Shown: positions 17,821-27,013, numbered from the stretch's first letter. The stretch: DNA of 64,000 nucleotides from Rhodospirillaceae bacterium (GCA_041905525.1 JAYRKY010000010.1:36397-100396); one strand, 5' to 3'. The notes: generated from the letters alone by a model not told the origin. A program made the numbers and translations.

Positions 17821-18654
17821 ATGATGTTTCGTTTTGCACCCGTTGCCGCCGCTCGTAAACGCGCCGGCGCATTCATCACCGCAGCCGTAGCCCTCTCTAT
17901 CAGCAGCACAGCCGTCTCCGCCGCGCCGGTGGTCCTCTACACCTTCGACGAATATGACGCCGTGGCCTCTCGTTCAGTGGCGAACGAAGGCAGTAACGGA
18001 TCAATCGGCAGCGCCGCGGCGGTCGGAAACCCCGATGCCGTGATTGATGGCGCGCGCCGGGCCGTGCGGCTTACGAACGGTAACTACTTTTCCGTCGCGA
18101 CGCCCTTTGTCCCCGGCTCCAATTCGTTCTCTATCGTCATCGACTTCGCGCTTGAATACGGCGATCTCGATCCGCAGACCCCCGACCGCTCTGTACTGTT
18201 CACACTTCAAGGGGGAGATTTTGCCGAAGGCCTCACCATCCAGTTCGATGGCATCAATTTGAACAGCGCCGTGCAATGGGGCTCCTTCTCGGAGAGCACG
18301 TTGGCCCGGACTGAAACGGCCTTTCCGGGAAACGATCGCAGCTGGCACAACTTGGCACTCATCGGCGATCGCGGCACCGGCGAGCTCAGCATGTTCCTCG
18401 ACGGCGCGGCAGTGGCGATCGGCAATCGACTTCTCGCGGACTCCATCGATCCAACGCAGGCCATGCTGATCGGCGCTTACCGGTACAGTTCCGCCCGCGA
18501 GGGAAATCCCGAAGTCTTTACGGGTGGCCCACTGCTGATCGATCAGGTCGCAATCTATGATGTTCCGTTCTACCCGGTTCCGGCGCCGGCGGCGTTCCTT
18601 CTTCTCGCGCTCGGAACAGTGGGGCTTGAGATTCTGCGGCGTAGGACCGTGTGA
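17821..18654 (+). CDS. secreted LamG-like (concanavalin/laminin-G jelly-roll) protein with PEP-CTERM-like (VPAPAA) tail
   Basis: ORF 17716-18654; start ATG 17821 after AAGGAG. Signal peptide ..LSISSTAVSAAP. LamG_3-like pattern WHNLALIGD..LSMFLDGAAV..LLIDQVAIYDV. C-terminus PVPAPAAFLLLALGTVGLEILRRRTV. Confidence 0.8.
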   Translation: MMFRFAPVAAARKRAGAFITAAVALSISSTAVSAAPVVLYTFDEYDAVASRSVANEGSNGSIGSAAAVGNPDAVIDGARRAVRLTNGNYFSVATPFVPGSNSFSIVIDFALEYGDLDPQTPDRSVLFTLQGGDFAEGLTIQFDGINLNSAVQWGSFSESTLARTETAFPGNDRSWHNLALIGDRGTGELSMFLDGAAVAIGNRLLADSIDPTQAMLIGAYRYSSAREGNPEVFTGGPLLIDQVAIYDVPFYPVPAPAAFLLLALGTVGLEILRRRTV

Positions 18655-18685
18655 ACGCGTTCGACACGCGAATTCCCGAATGAAA

Positions 18686-18709
18686 AAGGGCCCCGCGATA
18701 GGGGCCCTT
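18686..18709. terminator. rho-independent terminator hairpin
   Basis: AAGGGCCCC-gcgata-GGGGCCCTT, immediately after the stop at 18654. Confidence 0.65.
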
Positions 18710-18740
18710 CTTGCCAAGAAATTGGCTCGAAGTCTTGGTT

Positions 18741-18917
18741 TGCCTTGCGTCTCCGCGCGGCGCCAAGCCGGCAAGTCCGAATCCGAGGAGCGCCTGTGCG
18801 CGTGGTGCCAGGACCGAGGTTGAACTCGGCTGGCAAGTGAAACTGTCGATGAAGATGTAATCGTAGCTGCTGGAGGCTACGAGAGCTGCATAAGCGATAC
18901 CCGCTGCCGCAATTCAA
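18741..18917 (-). pseudogene. possible frameshifted remnant of a small PEP-CTERM-like gene
   Basis: One minus-strand frame reads IAAAGIAYAALVASSSYDYIFIDSFTCQPSSTSVLAPRAQALLGFGLAGL. A second frame continues GAARRRKA. Joined by a 1-nt shift they give a signal-like segment plus V(L)AP..LLGFGLAGLGAARRRKA. There is no clean start or stop. Confidence 0.25.
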
Positions 18918-19033
18918 AAATTGCGACTTGGCTGTCTCGCGCCTAGCAACTTCGCAAAAGCTTCTGTCGATGAGGCGTTGAATTTCGCCGATGGTTCCGG
19001 ACGTACATGCAGAATTTCCGGACCAGCTTCCGT

Positions 19034-19873
19034 TTACGGCGCCATCTGCCAGCCGTTTTCCACCGCCGCCAGCGCTTCTCGCATCGCGATCGCGAAATCC
19101 TGACGCCCGTAGATATCGTTGTGCCCGGCCTCTTTGATGGTGCGGCTGTAGACGAGGCGCTTTGCGGCGCCACGCATCATCGACGCCCGTTCGCGCGGGA
19201 TGATTTCGTCGTTCTCGGCCGCGATAATTGCCGTCGGCACATCCAGCCCGCGCAAGAGTTCGCCGTTGCGCATCGGGTTTTTGAGCAGCGCCGCAGCCGG
19301 GACCCAGGGAAAATGCACTTTCGCCAGCTCGGCGAGGGAGTCGAAAGGCGTCACAAGGATCAATCCGTCGAGCTTGCGTTCCCGCGCGAGATGCACCGCG
19401 ACCCCAGACCCAATACTAAAGCCTGCCGCTATGATTCGCGCGCCCGCGCCTTGTGTGTCCGCCGCCGCGCGCACTGTGTCGTAAATCAGCGGCGCGTCCG
19501 CGATTAAGGCGTCGACGGAGGCGCGGCCTGTACTGGGCGGATACCCACGGTAATGAAACGCCACCACCTCCGCCTGCGGATAGAGCGTGAAGAGGTACAT
19601 AGCAGCGGTCTCGGCGTTCCAGGCGTTGCCGCCGAACGCGAGGATGATCAATCGGTCGGTCACGGGCGCCGCGGGCGGCGCCAGGCGAACACCGTGAAGC
19701 GTGGCGCCGTCCGCCGTCGTCAATTCGAGGCGCGGGGCGTCCGGCGGCACCGGCGTACCGGTCTGCACAGCAAGACCGGCCGGAAACAGCAAGCGGTCTT
19801 GGACGGCATAGAGCATCGCCACCGCCGCCGCGTAGGCAACGACAAGCGCGACCATGATCTTCAGGAACGTCAT
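19034..19873 (-). CDS. alpha/beta-fold hydrolase with N-terminal membrane anchor
   Basis: 279-aa ORF. TM helix IMVALVVAYAAAVAMLYAV. Nucleophile elbow GFSIGSG. C-terminal GHNDI. Confidence 0.8.
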   Translation of the reverse strand: MTFLKIMVALVVAYAAAVAMLYAVQDRLLFPAGLAVQTGTPVPPDAPRLELTTADGATLHGVRLAPPAAPVTDRLIILAFGGNAWNAETAAMYLFTLYPQAEVVAFHYRGYPPSTGRASVDALIADAPLIYDTVRAAADTQGAGARIIAAGFSIGSGVAVHLARERKLDGLILVTPFDSLAELAKVHFPWVPAAALLKNPMRNGELLRGLDVPTAIIAAENDEIIPRERASMMRGAAKRLVYSRTIKEAGHNDIYGRQDFAIAMREALAAVENGWQMAP

Positions 19874-20035
19874 GACGCAATCCTACTCCGAAACGCCGGC
19901 CCTTGAAATGTGGCGGCGAAACGGGGCGAAACTTTGCGCGTAACACTGAGGCCCACAAATTTGCCGCCGGGCGCCATACCTCTGCGTCACCGCAAGTTGG
20001 ACGAGATTCAGCCACAGTCCCTGCGTTTTGCCTGT

Positions 20036-20281
20036 ATGACCACCATCCGTAATCCTGCCGAAGACGCGAAAGCCATGTTGGGACCCACCGGCGAACTCCA
20101 GCGCGTGGCTGCCCTGGCTTATGTCTATCCGCGTCAAACCGGATGGATCGTTCGCACTCCGAGCGCCGACGGCCTGGATTTCTGCATTACCGGTTTCGTC
20201 GGACCCAGCGCGTTCCACCGCGCGGTCGAATACGCCTCCGAGAAATACGCCGGAGTTCTCGTCCTCGAGCACGAACCTTAA
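20036..20281 (+). CDS. hypothetical small protein (81 aa)
   Basis: ORF 19910-20281; start re-picked at ATG 20036 (MTTIRNPAED..). Followed by a terminator. No family recognised. Confidence 0.4.
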   Translation: MTTIRNPAEDAKAMLGPTGELQRVAALAYVYPRQTGWIVRTPSADGLDFCITGFVGPSAFHRAVEYASEKYAGVLVLEHEP

Positions 20282-20289
20282 AGAAAAAG

Positions 20290-20312
20290 GCATCGCCTGT
20301 TGCAGGCGATGC
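20290..20312. terminator. bidirectional terminator hairpin
   Basis: GCATCGCCT-gttgc-AGGCGATGC followed by TCTTCTG. Lies between convergent genes. Confidence 0.65.
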
Positions 20313-20331
20313 TCTTCTGCGAATTCTAACC

Positions 20332-20793
20332 TCAATCCATCAAGTTGGCCGGGACCTTTCCGCCGTTTTCGGCCAGCTTGCGCATTACCTGCTTATGAAG
20401 CCAAATGTTCATGGTGGCGCTGTCGTTCATATCGCCGGTATAGCCAAGCTCCTGCGCCAATTCCTTGCGCTTGGCTAGACTGCTTTCCATTCCCACCAGC
20501 TTCATCAGATCCACGATCGAGGCCCGCCAGTTTAGCTTCTGCGGGTTCTTGGCCGCCATCTCCGACAGCACCGCTTCGATATCGACCGTCTGCGGTTGCG
20601 CCTGGGCTTGCGTGCGCATCTGAGCTTGCGGTGCCTGCTGCGCACCCGCCTGTTTGATGGGCGGTCGCATCATGTCCCCCTGCTGCGTCTGCGCCTGCGG
20701 CGATAGTTGGCTCTGCTGACGGGTCTGGGCTTCGTGAGCCTCCGCGCGTTTGTGCCGGAAAATGCGGTCCATGATTCTGCCGAATACGCTCAT
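20332..20793 (-). CDS. DUF3597-domain protein with Gln-rich linker
   Basis: ORF 20332-20883; start ATG 20793 (MSVFGRIMDRIF) after AGGAG. C-terminal LNWRASIVDLMKL..LAKRKELAQELGYTGD..NIWLHKQVMRKLAENGG matches DUF3597 as remembered. Confidence 0.7.
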   Translation of the reverse strand: MSVFGRIMDRIFRHKRAEAHEAQTRQQSQLSPQAQTQQGDMMRPPIKQAGAQQAPQAQMRTQAQAQPQTVDIEAVLSEMAAKNPQKLNWRASIVDLMKLVGMESSLAKRKELAQELGYTGDMNDSATMNIWLHKQVMRKLAENGGKVPANLMD

Positions 20794-20879
20794 CGCCACT
20801 CCTTTTATTGATATGCGCGAGGGTCTTAACGTCGTGGCCGTCCCGGTGTTGCGTTGGCCGCGGCGAACGCGGCGAGCCG

Positions 20880-21689
20880 TCACCCGGGATGGCCGTCGAA
20901 GAATTCGTTCGCGAGTGTTGCTCCCATAAATCGGAATTTCGCGAGTTGACGCGCGAGCGATACGGGGCGCCGCAGTGATTCCTTGCGCAGTGAGTAGCGC
21001 ACCATCGATGTCGATCCGCTCGCGGTATCGCCATGTCCCATGCGGTAAATTGCACCGGGAAACGGCAAAGGCGCCAACGGCGTCCCGCGGGCTTCAAGAT
21101 CGCGCTTGATGAACTTATGGCTCCCGAGGGTTCGCGAGACATAGGCCTCGGTGGCGTGGTCTTCGTCGGCGGGAAGATCGAGCAGGTCGGCCCGCACGAT
21201 GTGAGATGTACCGCATAGCTCGAAGAACTCCCGCGGGTAGGAGAACAGGAGCCGCTCGCCCGAGAACATGTATCCAGCGTTCACATACCAGCCGTACGCA
21301 TGCGGATCCTGAGCGACGAACCCGGCGAGACGTCGACTCACCATGTCGTCGTAATCCACCACCATGACATGCCCCCGCAACATGCCCATCGTGCGTGCAT
21401 GTAAGAGACCTTTGAGAAGACGCCGGCCCTTGTCGCGGCGGATCGCCTGCCATACCGCTTCCTGCCCGGCGCTGGGGTCCAGCGCATTAGGCGCAAGGTC
21501 CACTCGCACCACATCGCATCGACGTAGATCGGCAGGAAGATCGGCGCCATGGTTCGCCACGATCACGGCATTCCATTCATCGCTGTCCTGCGCACGCAAG
21601 GAGCGCAGGGTGACCGCCATGCGAGTACGGATCGCGCGCCAGTCTTTCGCGGTGGCGTGGTGGCGAACGGGAATGACGAAGGTCAGCAT
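20880..21689 (-). CDS. GT-A-fold glycosyltransferase-like protein (orphan)
   Basis: ORF 20880-21788; start ATG 21689 (MLTFVIPVRH..). VMVVDYDDMV DxD-like motif. The family assignment is tentative. Confidence 0.5.
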   Translation of the reverse strand: MLTFVIPVRHHATAKDWRAIRTRMAVTLRSLRAQDSDEWNAVIVANHGADLPADLRRCDVVRVDLAPNALDPSAGQEAVWQAIRRDKGRRLLKGLLHARTMGMLRGHVMVVDYDDMVSRRLAGFVAQDPHAYGWYVNAGYMFSGERLLFSYPREFFELCGTSHIVRADLLDLPADEDHATEAYVSRTLGSHKFIKRDLEARGTPLAPLPFPGAIYRMGHGDTASGSTSMVRYSLRKESLRRPVSLARQLAKFRFMGATLANEFFDGHPG

Positions 21690-21815
21690 GAATGAACAGC
21701 GGGCGCTATGGAAACGCGTCCGGGTGAACGATAGAGAATTGAAAAAGTTGGGAGCGCGGGACGATTTCAGCCGCAGGCGGCGGTGCATCCCGTACGCTCG
21801 CGCTTCACGCGCGGC

Positions 21816-22538
21816 TTAGTGCTTGTATTTTTTTGCGCGCTCTACGTCGGCGCTCATCAATTCATCGAGCGGCAGCTTTTCCAGCACCGACGGGGGCGGC
21901 TTCGCCAGCCCTTCCTGCTCCATCGCCTTCGCCCATTGCATGAGCACATCGGGCATACGCCGCGACAGCCACGCCGGTCCCACATGTTCGACCCACAGTT
22001 CTATCTCGCGCGGCGATACCTCTGCTTTGGTACACATGCTTTCGGCGATCTCGACCAAGGTCCGCGCGATCGTCGCATCGATCATCGCCGATGGCTCGGT
22101 CCAAAACCCTTGGCGGTAGCTGTCGGTGTAGAATCCCAGTTGTTTCAGCATGTCGAGCACTTCCACAGTCTCACCGTTTGTGTCTGTGGCGTCCTTGAAC
22201 TCCGAAAGATGCCGTGCGCTTTTTTGCACCAGCTCGGAGAGGATCCAAGCGGTGTTCTTCGGGTGATGCGCGCGATAGTCCTTCCACGCGCCGAGCAGTT
22301 CGCTCTTCGAGCGCGAAAGGCACATGGCGCGCAGCGTGGAGACCTTTTCGCTTTCCTCGACCGACAGGGCGGCCATCGAGGCGGCCGACGGATAACGTTT
22401 GGCGTCGAGCAGGATCTTCGCGTCCGCGGCGAGGCGTTTGGCGTTGCGGATGGCCGCGTTTATGCCTTCGGCCACTTCGCTCGCGGTCAGCGTGCCGCGA
22501 AACGGCGACAGCGGAGAATTGGAATTCGCGGACGGCAT
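21816..22538 (-). CDS. AbiV-like abortive-infection family protein
   Basis: ORF 21816-22616; start ATG 22538. The N-terminal INAAIRNAKRLAADAKILLDAKRYPSAASMAALSVEESEKV resembles the AbiV signature (N-A-x-R-L..D-A..L...Y..A..L...EE..K), from memory only. Confidence 0.5.
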   Translation of the reverse strand: MPSANSNSPLSPFRGTLTASEVAEGINAAIRNAKRLAADAKILLDAKRYPSAASMAALSVEESEKVSTLRAMCLSRSKSELLGAWKDYRAHHPKNTAWILSELVQKSARHLSEFKDATDTNGETVEVLDMLKQLGFYTDSYRQGFWTEPSAMIDATIARTLVEIAESMCTKAEVSPREIELWVEHVGPAWLSRRMPDVLMQWAKAMEQEGLAKPPPSVLEKLPLDELMSADVERAKKYKH

Positions 22539-22680
22539 GGGGCTTTCACGCGTGACTGGCAATGCACTCAGGGACCCCCCGAGCAAGGAGAAGAGGCTGG
22601 GGGTGCAACGGTGCAAGCGGGCGAGTGTTCCCGCCCTGCGTTCGCGGGTGCCGCGTGTAAGAGCCTGAGGAAGAAGATGA

Positions 22681-23394
22681 TTAGGCGGAAACGACGGCGC
22701 CGTTACGCGCCTCCGCAGGCGTCGCGAGATCGACGAATATGTCAGTGATCTGCTCGGGTGCCGGCAGGCTCATCGGATCTTCGCCCGGATAGGCTTGAGC
22801 GCGCATCTTGGTGCGCACGCGGCCTGGATCGACAATATTGGCCTTCACCTTCGTATGGGCCATTTCAGCGGCGTAGACCTTTACCATCTGCTCCAATGCC
22901 GCCTTCGAGGCCGCATAAGGCCCCCAGTACATGGCCGCTCGGCGCGCCACACCGGAGGTAACGAAGATCGCGCGACCGGCGTCGGACTGCCGCAGCAATA
23001 AATCCATTGCGCGAATCAAACGCCAATTCGCGTGAACATTGAGATTGAACACATCGGTCCACATCTTCGGCGTGTAGTGACCCATGGGCGAGAGCTGGCC
23101 CAGCATGCCGGCGTTCCCCACCAGAATGTCGAGCTTACCGAACCGCTGGAACAAGGCGGCGCCGGTCTGGTCGATCTTGTCGAAGTCCGTGAGGCTCTCG
23201 TTCACCAGCACAGCCGGTAATCCGCCGGCCTTGCGGATCTCGTCATCGAGCTCTTCCAGCGCACCGGTGGTCCGGGCGAAGGCAATCACCTGCGCGCCTT
23301 CTTTGGCGTATCTCAATGCCACCGCGCGGCCGATGCCCCGCGATGCGCCGGTCACGAGCGCAATGCGGCCCGCCAACTTGCCGGTCTGTGTCAC
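22681..23394 (-). CDS. short-chain dehydrogenase/reductase (SDR) family oxidoreductase
   Basis: TGASRGIGRAVA cofactor motif and YAASKAAL catalytic YxxxK. Confidence 0.9.
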   Translation of the reverse strand: MTQTGKLAGRIALVTGASRGIGRAVALRYAKEGAQVIAFARTTGALEELDDEIRKAGGLPAVLVNESLTDFDKIDQTGAALFQRFGKLDILVGNAGMLGQLSPMGHYTPKMWTDVFNLNVHANWRLIRAMDLLLRQSDAGRAIFVTSGVARRAAMYWGPYAASKAALEQMVKVYAAEMAHTKVKANIVDPGRVRTKMRAQAYPGEDPMSLPAPEQITDIFVDLATPAEARNGAVVSA

Positions 23395-23398
23395 GTGC

Positions 23399-24895
23399 TT
23401 AAGCTCTCTCGGTGAGCAGCGAGAGCTGCTTCGGTTGGGTGCCAGCCTTGCGGTCCGTCAGCGGCGCCGGATAATCGCCGGTGAAACAGGCGTCGCAGAA
23501 TTGCGGGTGCGCCATGTCGCGTTTGGCTTCGCCGAGGGCCTTGTACAGCCCGTCAATGGTAATGAAGGCAAGGCTGTCGACGCCCAGCAGCTTCGCCATC
23601 GACTGCACGTCGTATTGATGGGCGAGCAACTTGTCGTAATCGGGCGTGTCGATGCCGAAGAAACACGGATGGGCCGTCGGCGGGCTGGAGATGCGCATGT
23701 GCACTTCCGTCGCGCCGGCCTGGCGTACCATCTCGACGATTTTCTTCGAGGTCGTACCGCGCACGATCGAATCGTCAACGAGCACCACGCGCTTTCCTTC
23801 CAGCACGTCGCGGTTCGGGTTGTGCTTGCGTTTGACACCGAGGTTGCGCGTTTTATCGGTAGGCTGGATGAAGGTGCGGCCGACGTAGTGATTACGGATG
23901 ATTCCGTATTCGAACGGCACTTTCGCCGCCGCCGCATAGCCCAGGGCCGCCGGCACGCCGGAGTCCGGCACCGGCACGACCACGTCGCAATCGACACCGC
24001 TTTCCAGAGCTAGTTGCGCGCCGATCTTCTTGCGCACATCGTACACGCTGTGGCCTTCCGAAACGCTGTCGGGTCGCGCGAAGTAGATATATTCGAAGAT
24101 GCAGAAGCGCGGATGCTGCTTGGGGAAAGGCTTTAGGCTTCGCACCCCCTCTTGCGTGATGATCACGACTTCGCCGGCGTCCACGTCGCGCACATATTCC
24201 GCGCCAATGATATCGAGGGCGCAAGTCTCGGACGCAAGTACGTAGGAGTTCTCGGATTTGCCCAGCACCAGGGGCCGTACGCCCAAGGGATCGCGCGCGC
24301 CGATCAGCGCGCCATTCATCAAGCAGACAAAGGAATAGGCGCCTTCCACCTGGCGCAGCGCGTCGACCAGCCGGTCCTCGAACGTCGTTTCCTCGCTGAT
24401 GGCCATCAGGTGGATGACGACTTCGGTATCCGAAGTCGATTGGAACAGGCAGCCGCGCCGCTTCAGTTCCTGACGCAGGGTGAGCGCGTTGGTGAGGTTG
24501 CCGTTGTGCGCGATCGAGAATCCGCCCGTATCGAGTTCGGCGAACAGGGGTTGCACGTTGCGCAGGATGGTTTCGCCGGTGGTGGCATAACGCGTATGGC
24601 CGATAGCCATGTTGCCCCTGAGGCGCTCCATCACTGCTTCGCTGGCGAAGTTTTCCGATACGTGGCCCATGCCGCGGTGGCTATGGAACTGCACGCCGTC
24701 GAAGCTGACGATTCCGGCCGCTTCCTGGCCGCGATGCTGGAGGGCATGGAGGCCGAGCGAGGTATGCGCGGCCGCTTCCGGATCGCCGATGATCCCGAAT
24801 ACGCCGCATTCTTCGCCGAGGTGGTCGTCGTCGACACGGTCGTTCTGGACGCCCGATGTGCCGATGAAAGGATGGGTGCTGAGCCGGTCACTCAT
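23399..24895 (-). CDS. purF: amidophosphoribosyltransferase
   Basis: 498 aa. CGVFGI Ntn nucleophile after a propeptide. PRTase motif VVLVDDSIVRGTT. Confidence 0.95.
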   Translation of the reverse strand: MSDRLSTHPFIGTSGVQNDRVDDDHLGEECGVFGIIGDPEAAAHTSLGLHALQHRGQEAAGIVSFDGVQFHSHRGMGHVSENFASEAVMERLRGNMAIGHTRYATTGETILRNVQPLFAELDTGGFSIAHNGNLTNALTLRQELKRRGCLFQSTSDTEVVIHLMAISEETTFEDRLVDALRQVEGAYSFVCLMNGALIGARDPLGVRPLVLGKSENSYVLASETCALDIIGAEYVRDVDAGEVVIITQEGVRSLKPFPKQHPRFCIFEYIYFARPDSVSEGHSVYDVRKKIGAQLALESGVDCDVVVPVPDSGVPAALGYAAAAKVPFEYGIIRNHYVGRTFIQPTDKTRNLGVKRKHNPNRDVLEGKRVVLVDDSIVRGTTSKKIVEMVRQAGATEVHMRISSPPTAHPCFFGIDTPDYDKLLAHQYDVQSMAKLLGVDSLAFITIDGLYKALGEAKRDMAHPQFCDACFTGDYPAPLTDRKAGTQPKQLSLLTERA

Positions 24896-25598
24896 GAGGT
24901 GCGGTCGTCTCCGGGCTCAGGGTGCTATTCATGAGCCGTTCTATATCCCGGCGTTCCTGATTTTGGTACCCGGCTTCCGCGCTTTTTTCTTTCGCGGCGG
25001 AGGCATTCGCCGCCGGCGCCGGCCGGTTCAGGCGTTCGAGTGTCTTGGCGGTATGTATGGCTTCCTGGGCTTTAATCAAGGCGGCCGGCTTCGGCGCCAA
25101 TGCCGGCGGCATGAACGAGGGCGGCAGCACCGATACCAGTCCCTCGGCAGCCATCTCGATCACCGGCAAGGTCTTCGCGGTCTCGATCCACTGCGGACGC
25201 TCGCGCTCGGTCAACCAGTCGGTGATGATCAGTCCAACCGCAAGGATGACGATGGCGCGCCCGATGCCGAACACGAAACCCAGCGAGCGGTCGAGATTCC
25301 CGAGCGCGCTCTTCTGAATGGCGCGCGCCACCGCGTGCGTCGCGATGGACAGGATCAACAGCACCAGAATGAAGATCCCGACCGCGGCGGCGGCGTCGGC
25401 GGCCCAATTAATCGGGATTAGCGCGCGCACATGCGGCTGAACGAAGGGAAAGCCGTAGATCACGGCGGCCACCGCGCCGATCCAGGCGGCGATGGACAGC
25501 ACCTCGTGAACAAAACCCCGGATGAAGGCAATGAGCGCGGAGATGAGGAGGATGGCGCCTACGGCAAGATCCAGGCCGTTGACCGGCAAGCCTTGCAT
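24888..25598 (-). CDS. cvpA: CvpA-family membrane protein
   Basis: 236-aa membrane ORF upstream of purF, overlapping it by 8 nt. Conserved cvpA-purF pairing. Confidence 0.85.
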   Translation of the reverse strand: MQGLPVNGLDLAVGAILLISALIAFIRGFVHEVLSIAAWIGAVAAVIYGFPFVQPHVRALIPINWAADAAAAVGIFILVLLILSIATHAVARAIQKSALGNLDRSLGFVFGIGRAIVILAVGLIITDWLTERERPQWIETAKTLPVIEMAAEGLVSVLPPSFMPPALAPKPAALIKAQEAIHTAKTLERLNRPAPAANASAAKEKSAEAGYQNQERRDIERLMNSTLSPETTAPHE

Positions 25599-27013
25599 CA
25601 GTCACCCGCCGCTTTGCGCGCCGGCGTGCGGGAAACAGACGCGTCGGTAAATTGGCTCACCACGTCCTGCACGTGACCCATGCTCTTTATTGTCAGCCCC
25701 GTCTTGCCTTCGTCGGCCTTCTGTTCGGTCTTGCGGGCCGAGCGCGGGATCCAGGCCTGCTTAAAGCCCAGTTTCGCGGCTTCTTTGAGGCGCACGTCGC
25801 GCTGCGCCACCGCCCGAACCTCGCCAGAGAGGCCGATCTCGCCGAACACCACCGCATCGGCGGGGACGGGATCGCCCGTCAGGGCTGAAACCAGCGCCGC
25901 CGCGACCGCGAGGTCCGCGGCCGGCTCCTGTATCCGAAGGCCGCCGGCGACGTTCAGATAAAGGTCACGCCCGGTGAAGGCAAGGCCGCACCGGGCCTCC
26001 AAAACGGCCAGGACCATGTTCAGCCGGGCCATATCCCAACCGACCGCCGCCCGGCGCGGCGTGCCGAGCGCGGAAGGGGCTACAAGGGCTTGAATTTCCA
26101 CAAGAACCGGCCGGGTACCTTCGAGGCCGGCGAATACCGCGCTGCCGCTCACGTTGCCCCGCCGTTCGGCCAGGAAAAGGGCTGAGGGATTGAGCACCTC
26201 GGCCAGGCCCGCGTCCGTCATTTCGAACACGCCGATCTCGTCCGTCGGCCCGAAGCGGTTCTTCACCGCCCGCAGGATCCGGAACTGATGGCCGCGGTCC
26301 CCTTCGAAGTAGAGCGTCGTGTCCACCATATGCTCCAGCACCCGCGGCCCGGCCAGGGTGCCTTCCTTCGTCACATGGCCCACAAGGAACAAGGTAAAGC
26401 CGCGGCGTTTCGCGACGCGAATAAGTTCGTGAGCGCACGTACGCACCTGCGTCACCGTCCCCGGCGCCGATTCCACGTTGTCGGCATACATCGTCTGGAT
26501 GGAATCGATCACCACCACGTCCGGCGAAGTCCCGCTTTCGAGGCTCGCGATGATATCGCGCACATTGGTCGCGGCCGCGAGCTGGACGTTGGCCTTGCTG
26601 AGCCCCAGCCGCTCGGCGCGCAAGCGCACCTGATCCACCGCCTCTTCACCGGTGATGTAGGCGACGGTGCACTTCGCGGCGAGCACGCCCGAGGCTTGCA
26701 GCAATAACGTCGACTTTCCGATGCCGGGATCGCCGCCGACCAGGATCGCGGATCCGGGCACCAGGCCGCCGCCGCACACGCGGTCCAATTCGCCGATGCC
26801 TGTCACTCGGCGCGGCGGCGGAACGCCTTCGGATTTGAGATCCACAAACGCGATCTTGCGGCCGGCCTTGCCGCCCAGGCCCTTCGGCGCGCTCTCGCGC
26901 GGCGCCTCTTCGACGATGGTGTTCCACTCGCCGCACGCGTCGCACTTGCCGGCCCATTTCGTGTAAGTCGCGCCGCAGTTCTGGCAGACGAAGCTGGTCG
27001 TCGATTTAGCCAT
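25598..27013 (-). CDS. radA: DNA repair protein RadA
   Basis: N-terminal zinc finger CQNCG..CDACGEWNT, Walker A GDPGIGKST, KNRFG motif, Lon-like C-domain. Confidence 0.95.
   Translation of the reverse strand: MAKSTTSFVCQNCGATYTKWAGKCDACGEWNTIVEEAPRESAPKGLGGKAGRKIAFVDLKSEGVPPPRRVTGIGELDRVCGGGLVPGSAILVGGDPGIGKSTLLLQASGVLAAKCTVAYITGEEAVDQVRLRAERLGLSKANVQLAAATNVRDIIASLESGTSPDVVVIDSIQTMYADNVESAPGTVTQVRTCAHELIRVAKRRGFTLFLVGHVTKEGTLAGPRVLEHMVDTTLYFEGDRGHQFRILRAVKNRFGPTDEIGVFEMTDAGLAEVLNPSALFLAERRGNVSGSAVFAGLEGTRPVLVEIQALVAPSALGTPRRAAVGWDMARLNMVLAVLEARCGLAFTGRDLYLNVAGGLRIQEPAADLAVAAALVSALTGDPVPADAVVFGEIGLSGEVRAVAQRDVRLKEAAKLGFKQAWIPRSARKTEQKADEGKTGLTIKSMGHVQDVVSQFTDASVSRTPARKAAGD

Noticed and set aside
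15867-18709. Considered whether the sorting-tail gene block is a mobile genomic island.
   Set aside because: No integrase, transposase, tRNA target or flanking direct repeats were seen; only terminator hairpins bound the block. It is called an accessory module, not a mobile element.
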